A stretch of DNA of 63,040 nucleotides, the filler included, from Lenisia limosa (Eukaryota > Protista > Breviatea), in assembly GCA_001655205.1 (NCBI GenBank). It is 13 parts of 13 records of this genome, joined end to end, with 100 filler letters (N's around TTAATTAATTAA, not from the genome) between each part and the next. Parts side by side here need not be neighbours in the genome. Positions count along the whole stretch, not along the records: positions 48,883 to 57,979 come from LPNZ01005506.1; positions 58,080 to 60,212 come from LPNZ01011186.1; positions 60,313 to 61,499 come from LPNZ01003252.1; 10 more parts are not named here. One strand, 5' to 3'. The translations under genes and the position numbers were made by a program. Below the pieces are notes generated by a model. It made no database searches. It worked only from the letters and a program-made list of their open reading frames with translations, and was not told where the DNA came from. This document shows, piece by piece, positions 51,901 through 61,599 of the stretch (position 1 is the first letter of the stretch; each line of letters starts with the position of its first letter).

Positions 51901-54900
51901 AGCCATCCAAATAATCATGCTTATCAGAGATATTGGATGAGAGTTTTCTCATATAAATTTGTGTGGCGATTGAGTCACATTCGGTTCCAAAAGACTACTG
52001 AAATATCGATATTTAATGAATATTTAGCGTCAATTCGGTGTTGAACAGAAAGCAAAGCTCAAGATAATAAAAAAAACAAAAAAACAATGATATCCTTTTA
52101 ATGTTCAGTTCAAAAATGTCTCCTTCCAAAGCTCGCTCACGTTCACAGGTGGGATTGTTGTTTGATGTGCAAGTGCCCGAGAGATAGTGGCCTCCTTCAC
52201 ACTCCGTGCGACATGCTGAAGGCGTGAAGAGGGTGGATTTGATGAAACAACACCAAAAAAGCCAAAAATGGGGGAAAGGGGGGGAGGGCGTTTCTGAAAT
52301 GGCTAGTAACCCATAAGAAGAAGAATCGCATTCAAGCTCACCCATTTGCACAAGGATATATTGAAAAGGATAACAGAAGAGACCACCCCTTCATTCCACA
52401 AACGCGTAATATTCTTACACATCCCTCCCAAACGGCAAAGAATAAAGGAAGAGTCTTCCTTATGCTCTGATCCCCCATTCCCCCCACCTACATGAGCAAG
52501 AATAGTCGTTGTCAGTGTTACATGTTCCAGAGAGGTACATTCCGGAAGGGCATGAGGTTTTGCACGCTGAAAGATGAGGGCCTTAGTATTTTTTTTTTTT
52601 TTTCACTGTATCGGACAAAATGTAGATAAGTCATTTAAAATAATTGTGTGAAAAAACACACAATACAAGATTCCAACAATTGATATGTTGTTATTTAGAT
52701 GTATAAGTTGATTCCACTGGATTTTCTTGTTCTCATAAACAAGAACACGAATAAACAAGCCTGCTGACGATAGCACTCCGTGTTGCTATTCGTCGTGCAA
52801 ACTCCCCCGAGGAACTCGCCTGGAGGACATACTGTGGTACACGCTACAATTGGTTAAACAATTGACTATGAACAACAATTTATTGAAGAATTGATTATAG
52901 GCTATAATTAATTACCAAAATATACAGTGACCTGGATAAGTCTGGATCGATTTCCTCATGATTTCCCAAGGAAAATCGGTCAAGACTTATCCCGGTCACT
53001 GTAAATGAATATCATATGTTTACAACACACAATGAAACAGGAAACACTACACAGCACCCACTGTTGCAAATTTTGTTTGAGTGCAACGAGCAGGTTCCGG
53101 AGAGGTACTTGCCACTTGGACAAACGTCGGTACATTCTGGAGTAATTAGCACTGTATAGGTAATTACATTCAGGGGTTATTGGTACTGAATATAAAATCT
53201 GGGGTCATTAAAACTAAACGTTGAAAAATGAGAGGCGTTTTGTGGAACCTTGTGGATTCCCACAGGTAAGGTTTGATACAGGGTTGTAAACAGTAGTAAG
53301 GTTAATCCAGATTTATTAACAGTAGCAAGATTAATCCAGGGTTCCTAATAAAAGTAAGGTTAATCCAGGGTTGCTATGCAGTGAGCCAATGAATGGGCAG
53401 TGTGAAACGTTTGAACATTCTGGGGTTATGAGTGGTAGCAGGATAATGGGTTAAATTCGGGGGTTACTAACAACATTACATAGGTAAACTCTGGGGTTAT
53501 GAGGGTAGATATAATCAGAGGTTGTCAACAGTGTGCACATTCAGGGGTTGTTAGGATCAAGGTGAATTTTAGGTTCTGACTGAATCCATTGTGAAACGGT
53601 CTTATTGTTTGCAACTATGACTGTATTTCGGCTCAAAAATAAAATAAAACGGAATTTTCGGTAAATCACCCAAAACTGGTGATGTTTTACCAGTCGATGA
53701 AGCCCTATCTCCAACCCACCTAGACAAACATAATTGCTGTTGGAGGTACAGGATCCTGACAGGTAGTAGCCAGACAAACAGTCATTCGTGCATGCTAGAA
53801 CGATTATATAAATAACCACGTACCTACAGTCCACGAAAGAACGAATTTTTCGATAAATCTAGACTATGTTTATTTCAATATTTCCAAAGGTAAATTACTC
53901 TTCAAACTACATAGAAACCTCATAACTACAAACTCAGTCTAGGATATATTATTGCTTGAGTATTAAAGAGTAAAAAAAAAGTAGACTGTTGTATTTTTTA
54001 AAAAAAGTTGAAAGGCAGAACAATTGTTATATTGAATAATAATAATAATAATAATATACTTAGAAACAATAATTATTGAAATTGCTACTCTAGAAATTAA
54101 AAAGTATCCCACAGTGGTAGAATAATACATCAAAAAAATAAGTTCACGGATAATCAGTGCAATTGCTCCTCAAGGTAACTTTAAATGCCCCTCTCTCACG
54201 CTTGCAGTAAGGTCCTGAGGTAGACCCGCAAACACCCCAAAGGAACTTCCCAGAAGGGCAAGAGATCAAGCAGTCTGGGTGGTTAGGACGGGCAAGAGAT
54301 AAAGCAGTCTGAGTGGTAAGGACAGGCAAGATGCCAAGCAGTCTGAGAGGTTAGGACGGGCAAGATGTCAAGCAGTCTGAGTGGTAAGTATGAATAAAAT
54401 GAGAATTCCGATGGCACCTCTTCGCAAGTTAAGCTGGTTTCTACAATAATACAAAGCTAATAAAACTACTATAAAACACAAGTTCAAAACACAAGCTCAT
54501 AAACACTAATATAATCAGAGGCTTATAAACTGCATTACTACAAAAGCTCAAATATATTTTAAAAAAGCACATGTATAAATATATATATAACTTTGGAAAA
54601 CTAGGCACATTCAAAACAAACACAAATTTAAAAATCTGAACAAAGTTAAATTCACACAAATATAACAATAAAGAATATGATGGCGCTTTGAGTTGTGTCC
54701 TCATTATTTCCGTGGGAATCTTAAGAACTTTATGGGATTCTCAAATACTACACGGAAACCCCAAGCCAATGCTCCGTAGTGAAGCAAGAACCAAAAATAA
54801 GTGAGAGGGGGTAATCGTCGATTTAAATACACAGGAGGCATAATTGGCTCAAAGTCATAAAGTAATCTCGCAAAAAACGATCCTACGCTTGCAAAAACCA

Positions 54901-57770
54901 CAGCAAAACTCACTCACCAGTGCATGTGGGGTTGCTGTTCGAGGTGCATGATCCTGAGAGGTACTGGCTTGAGGCACAGTCCGAAGCGATGCGGCAGGCT
55001 GGGGGGGGGGGNNNNNNNNNNNNNNNNNNNNNNNNNNNNNNNNNNNNNNNNNNNNNNNNNNNNNNNNNNNNNNNNNNNNNNNNNNNNNNNNNNNNNNNNN
55101 NNNNNNNNNNNNNNNNNNNNNNNNNNCATCCCATCATCCGGCGAGATGGGAGGGGGGGGTGAATACTATTTTGCATCAGAAAACAATATCATTATCTTCT
55201 ACAAAGTTTCAAACAGTTACAAACCAGTGAGAGGGGGATGCGGAGTAAAATGAAGGAAATTGCTGAAATAAAAAAAAGCCCAAAATCAACTGAAAATATT
55301 ACTAAACCACTATCAGTCGAAGAATGAGTGATTCCGAAAAAAAAGTACATGTCTTGTTATGTATTCACCTGTGCAAGAAGGATTGTTGTTACTGGAGCAG
55401 GCGCTATCCAAATATTGACCTGAGGGGCACGAGGTTCGACAGGCTAGAGGGTAATTTGTTGCTAGTATCCTTGTATTACAAACATATTTCACGGTAAATT
55501 ACTACTTGCGCTAAAGTCAATTACTAGATAATATACTTGGGGGGATAATCTGTAACAAACTACTAACTAGGTAAATCACTACGTAAGCGTAAGCTGTTGC
55601 CAAATATACAAGCTTTAAGGTTGAATAATCAATAAGATAATCTATTGAAAATGTGAACAAAATAATTATCAAGTCATAATACTATCATATGAAGACTGTT
55701 GAATGAAGAAAACCCTTATTAGTCTGTAAATGGCGAGAGAAGTGGTATGAATACGCCTACGGCTACACGAGGGGTTGTTGTTGGTTGAACAGGTACTGGA
55801 AAGGTAGAAGCCAGAACTGCAGCTACTGCGACACACTGTTTCAGGTAAGGTTAATATCATATATTTTATTATGTAATTATTATATAATATGTGTATATGT
55901 ATATTTGTACGCTTTTATTGTTATGTAGGGTTCAGAGGTTCAGAGGGCAACTTCAAAGGAGGTGAGGGGGGGGATTGGTATACCTCTGCAAGTTGGGTTG
56001 TTGGTTCCTTCGCAAGTTCCAGACAGGTACTGACCGGAGGGGCATGTTGATCGACATACTATTGGAGGGTGAAATATTTGAAAGAAAGTAAGATTTTTAT
56101 GGGAAAGTTGTCTCGGATAGCAGATTAATTATCAAATAATAGAGGGGCAAAGTGGCGTGAATCATGTCAGCATGACGCGTAGAACATCATAGCTTTAGAT
56201 ACCCGAGACAACTCCCATTTGAAACCCTGCGCTTCATTCAGTACCAAAAAGACTGTATGGGTATACAGACATAATATATCACGATAATTGTTATTGTAGT
56301 ACAAGTTCCCCGTTTGTTAGTTTGTCATATTTCTTGTCCAAAAAAGTACACACATACCTGAACAATAGGTATTGCTGTTGTCAGTGCACGTGCCATCAAT
56401 AAACATCCCTGATGGGCAGATACTAGTACAAGCTGAAGTGGTAAGAAAAGGATTAACTGATGACTGAATAGATAAGGAATAAGTTAAATTGGCAAGTTAA
56501 AGATGGATAAGGAAGGTAAAATCTGAGCGGAGATATGATGGTTGTGGCTGAATGAGTAATATCAAGTTGAGGTATAGATTCAATAGATGAGAGAATAGAG
56601 GTATAAACTGAATGGTTGGGGGATAGGTTGACGATGAATGTGGAAATCAGAGTGTAAACCGGTATTATAACATATGACATCGGCCATGTTATTGAAAAGC
56701 TTAGGCAGAACTCTAAAACGATATCTTGAAATCAGTATTCGTACCTTTGCAAACATAGTCGCTCCCTGGTGTGCACGATCCTGAAAGGTACTGCATACCC
56801 AAACACGATGTACTGCAGGCTGCACAAATAAGGAAATTAAAGACAGTGGTACTAACTTGCTTTTTTATAAACTAGATAATATTAACAAGGCAATAGCCCT
56901 GATAGGTGGCCTTAATGACCTTATTGTGAACAAATCATTTTCAAAACCCCCCAAAAAACTTCCACCAACCTGAGCACTGTGACAGTCCAGGTACGTCACC
57001 TTGCACATCCCAGAATCCGGCCACACACACGCCACATTGCGCTACGCCATCGCCAGATCCGCGCTTCAGGTTTGAGCACATTTGGCAGGTATTCGCAGTG
57101 AGGTAGTACTCAGGGCCACACTAAAAATGGTAACATGGGGGTGAGGAGAGGTTTAACTCCAAAAAGGCATTTTACGTTGTTCCCAAAAAAAGATAAGATA
57201 TTGATTACGGCAGCAATGCAACAATTTGTTTCAAAAAATTGGAAGAATTTGACATTAAAGAGTCAAAAATGGAGTTCTAGTTACAATATTTCCCACATCA
57301 AATTCAAAAAAACAAGTCACAATCGCACGGAATCCCAGCACCTCCCTTACTTTAGTGATAGTGGTCCCTGTACAGAGGGCCTCATTTGCATTGCAAGTTG
57401 TCGCACTGAAATCGAAGGAAACCTCATAATCGTCGACTGACACGATCTATATCTAGTCAGAGTATGATTGGGAATTGGGAGCTAATGATCAATACCCGTT
57501 GAACGTAATTATGTGTTGTTTACATTCTGATGCTAAGGTTTCAGACGGCAGTAATTTCATAATTAGTCTCAATTTCCTTCCATATTCATAAGGTGTGGGT
57601 AACACTGTGATCATCAAAACATTCCGGTATTTCAAAATTTCCTAGGATTAACCCAAATACACGACACAACAATAAGGCCCCAAACCAACATTGAGAGAGA
57701 CATCGTAGAACGTACTAGGAAGAAGTCCTGAAATGACGTAGGAATCCCCAGACACGTCCACTGCGTACGG
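48903..57770 (-). CDS. Large extracellular protein: FN3-like strand, Cys-rich linker, then at least 20 tandem 25-aa Cys-rich (TNFR-like) repeats, one per exon; truncated at both ends
   Basis: Phase 1-1 exons of 75 nt start (low coordinate) at 48903, 49734, 50031, 50469, 50729, 51002, 51295, 51766, 52141, 52492, 52769, 53062, 53720, 54200, 55369, 55761, 55984, 56358 and 56745; one 81-nt exon lies at 54918-54998. Consensus aC.tsCpsG.YLsGtC...sN.tC. Upstream exons: 56970-57120, 57351-57436 and 57686-57770 (YVISGLLPSTFYDVSL). Confidence 0.9.
52925..53001. mobile_element. 77-bp Tc1/mariner-type MITE (copies at 59519-59593, 60869-60926 partial, 61305-61371 partial)
   Basis: TA|CAGTGACCTGGATAAGTC...GACTTATCCCGGTCACTG|TA; CAGTG termini with TA flanks are typical of Tc1-like elements. 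Confidence 0.8.
54262..54390 (-). repeat. 34-bp tandem repeat x4 containing a branch-point-like CTAAC/CTTAC, an AG and the exon start
   Basis: The AG (plus-strand CT) occurs at 54275, 54309, 54343 and 54377. Confidence 0.9.
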
Positions 57771-58079
57771 CTGCAGAGAGGTAAGTGTGAAATATATATA
57801 TACATGTATACTATATCATATATTGTGATATAAATCCAAGTCAATCATATGCTACCACAGATGTGTAAAGGACGTTCACTTTCGGGTCCAGAAAAGAAAT
57901 CATCCATAAATCCTCGGAAAAATTTCAAAAATTTCTCCGTCTTTAGGATCCTTGAGGGAAGCTCTACAATATATCACATNNNNNNNNNNNNNNNNNNNNN
58001 NNNNNNNNNNNNNNNNNNNNNNNTTAATTAATTAANNNNNNNNNNNNNNNNNNNNNNNNNNNNNNNNNNNNNNNNNNNN

Positions 58080-60068
58080 AGAGTCCAGTCTTTCCAGGTT
58101 GGCGCCTACGTAGTCCGCAAGCATGGCTGCACAGGTCAAAACGGTGCGGACAGAAAATGATAATGAGCCAAATGGACAATAAGAGTAAAACGGAATGTAA
58201 AATAGGTTGAGGTCAAAAAATTTGCCAAGCACACATAGCCGCCGAGAGGATGATGGTGATTTGTTTATGATATGTATTCTTATGTTTGCCTGAATTTATT
58301 TAATCTATTTTCTTGCTCTTAAAAAGCCTAAACCGAGCCCCCCCACCATTAGCCCTAAACCGAGCCTCCATGGTTTCGTGTTTTGTTGAGACTTCGTCCA
58401 GCTGCCGGAGAGCGACGATGGAATGTTGCCTCCTCAGTATGTACTGAATTGNNNNNNNNNNNNNNNNNNNNNNNNNNNNNNNNNNNNNNNNNNNNNNNNN
58501 NNNNNNNNNNNNNNNNNNNNNNNNNNNNNNNNNNNNNNNNNNNNNNNNNNNNNNNNNNNNNNNTGGCTGACAACACAAGGATTTATAACAACAAAACAAA
58601 AAAAGCCCAGGCCGGGCTGGGGGTGAGGGTTGGACATAGTGTGTTTGAGAGTCAATATACCATAATAATACCTAGGGCTTCCGTACGGTCCCGAAATAGA
58701 CTGAGTTAAATCCTTGATAAATATCGATATTTTGACGGTCTTTTTCAAACCGCAGGGAACCCTAGTAACACCGCTCCAATTCCATGTAGTATATGCATAT
58801 TATATCTTTCATAAAATTAATGTACTAAATATAATACCCCGTATGATATAAACACTCCTTCCCACCTCGCGCTCGGCCGCGGCGCAGAACTCGAACAGGT
58901 CCGGGTCCAACTCATCCCGGATATCCTCACTCAGAAGTTCGACTGTGCGCCGAGGAAGGGGGGCGTCTGAGGGGGGGGGGGGGGGNNNNNNNNNNNNNNN
59001 NNNNNNNNNNNNNNNNNNNNNNNNNNNNNNNNNNNNNNNNNNNNNNNNNNNNNNNNNNNNNNNNNNNNNNNNNNNNNNNNNNNNNNNNNNNNNNNNNNNN
59101 NNNNNNNNNNCACACGAGGGTTGATGACAACAAAACAAACAAAGGCCAGGCCAGTCGCTACTGCAGCACCGCATCCCATCACTCCAGCGTGAAAATGGAG
59201 CATTTATTAAACAAAAAAAAAGCCTCGAAAATGGAAAATTTAATGAACAGAAAACCCAGAATCTGTTGGCAAGTATTAACAAAAACCCAGAATTTGTTGG
59301 CAAGTATTTGGGAAACACACAGGTGTCCGAGGGGCGGGTGAGTAAACGAAGGGAACAATTTCGATGTATAGTTGCAGAAAGGTACTAAACTTCAACCCCC
59401 CTCCTCACTATAATTTATAACTTCAGGCTGGGGTGCGGGCACGTAGAAGGGCAAAGCACCTGGGGGGAGTAAAAAGGGGTATATGGGGAACTTATTGTAC
59501 TATATGATATTTGATATGCAGAGACGGGGGTAGTCTTGACCAATTTTCCTTGGGAAATCATAGCAAATCGGTCAATTCTTCTCCCTGTCACTGTATATGG
59601 CGCTGTCACTGTGCCCCCCCCCCCAACTCTTCTGAGGCACTTGTGGGATTTCCTTCGGTGGTGATGGTGGCGGTGGTTCAGACTAAAATGTAAACGTGGC
59701 GGGTGAGTTCTGGAATTGCATCGGCAATATGCGTGTTGTAGAATGAGAAACAAAGCATGAGTGAATCTGGCTGAAGCAGAGAAACAAAACATGAATCTGG
59801 CCGAAGCAATCCGTTCAAAAGAGATGGGATTATAGCTTTATGTATGACAAACACAAATTCACCAAATCTTAAAACCAACCCCAAGGCCCCCTAAAGGTGG
59901 GTGCGGAGGTATGGTATCCCTATGTATTTATTTGTTTCCGAAGATTTTTAATGTATATTATTTCTCTTGTTCAAAAAAAAACCTAAATCAGCATCACCTT
60001 GCCCCATACCTCCTTAATCAGGTTTTTCAACGCATGCAAGGACCCTCGAGGTGTGGATGGGGCTGGTT
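58080..60068 (-). CDS. Unidentified multi-exon gene fragment
   Basis: Exons QPAPSTPRGSLHALKNLIKE, SEPPPPSPPKEIPQVPQK, DAPLPRRTVELLSEDIRDELDPDLFEFCAAAERE, YILRRQHSIVALRQLDEVSTKHETMEARFRAN and AMLADYVGANLERLDS. Confidence 0.5.
59111..59196 (-). repeat. Intron-3'-end repeat family, 5' half (other minus copies at 58564-58617, 55226-55295, 61660-61716, 61744-61803 and 62867-62930)
   Basis: TTTTCACGCTGGAGTGATGGGATGCGGTGCTGCAGTAGCGACTGGCCTGGCCTTTGTTTG...CAACCCTCGTGTG, then a gap, then poly-C-TCAG|exon. Confidence 0.85.
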
Positions 60069-60334
60069 GCTATAGAGTGAAATGCGGTAAGAGGGAAATG
60101 TCAAATTGATGTAACTCTATCATATAATATCCTATATCATATACTATTACTCCAATGCAAATTGATATAGTTTATGGCTCAATATACTCCAACATATCCC
60201 CAAAAAAGTTACNNNNNNNNNNNNNNNNNNNNNNNNNNNNNNNNNNNNNNNNNNNNTTAATTAATTAANNNNNNNNNNNNNNNNNNNNNNNNNNNNNNNN
60301 NNNNNNNNNNNNTTTACTCCCCCCCCCCCCTCAG

Positions 60335-60409
60335 ATGAATCAAATAAGAGTGCCTTACCATCCTCAGCAGCAGACGATATTCCAGCCCCAAAAGAGCCGG
60401 CTGTACAAG
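60335..60409 (+). CDS. Single internal exon of an unidentified gene
   Basis: cccccccctcag|(D)ESNKSALPSSAADDIPAPKEPAVQ|gtagag. Confidence 0.45.
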
Positions 60410-61599
60410 GTAGAGGGGTGGTGATAGTGTTTATTATATTATTTTGATATGTTGTTGGGGATCATGTTTCACACATATTGGGGTTACTTCGGTTCAAAAA
60501 AAGACTGAATTTCTCGATAAATCTTCGAAACCTATAGATATTTTACTGATCTTTTTCGAACCGAAGTGAAGCTCTAGACATATGATATTTTCATGTATTC
60601 TATAATCAATAATATGATTCACTTTTCAATACACAAAGGACAGGTAATAGGGAGCTACGTTCGATACCCTCCCCCCCCTCCTCATTATTTATTTCGTTGA
60701 TATAGCCCGTACNNNNNNNNNNNNNNNNNNNNNNNNNNNNNNNNNNNNNNNNNNNNNNNNNNNNNNNNNNNNNNNNNNNNNNNNNNNNNNNNNNNNNNNN
60801 NNNNNNNNNNNNNNNNNNNNTCATAAATTTTCCCATTTTGTTTGAAATCTTTCACAATACGCGAAATAGAGTGACCGGGATAAGTCAACGATTTGATATA
60901 TGATTTCCTTAGGAAAATCGGACTGTACAAGGTAGAGGGGGGTGAACCTTATCCCCTTGGGGCCCGAGGCCTTTTTTGAAAACCTTCATTTTGCACATTA
61001 TATCATAACGTATTGTTATTCCAAAACAATAATAACAACAGATTTAAAGAGGGAATTGTATGTAGTTTATGAATATCGATATATTCAACATTTCTGTCTT
61101 TTTGTCAAAACTGTCACGTGATATATCCCATATAAGACAAGTTTTATTAAAATTACACTTTTTGCACTATTGTGGATGCCTGCTCTCTGATTGTATTATT
61201 GTGATAAATAATATTTTCCTACTGTACAAGGTAGAGGGGGTGTTTGAATCTCTAGCGATATTGCACACTATCGATATATCATGATATGCTGTATTTACAT
61301 TAATCGGGATACGTCTTGACCTATATTCCTTGGCAAATCGCATAATCGGTCAAGACTTATTCCGGTCACTGTATACTATATGAAGATAACACGAGGGTTC
61401 ATCCCGAGTGTATCAGAGTATCATTGAAACTTGTTGGTCAATTGTCATACGAGTTTTTTTTTATTATTATTAATTCCCCTCTCCTGATGGGATGCGGTGN
61501 NNNNNNNNNNNNNNNNNNNNNNNNNNNNNNNNNNNNNNNNNNNTTAATTAATTAANNNNNNNNNNNNNNNNNNNNNNNNNNNNNNNNNNNNNNNNNNNN

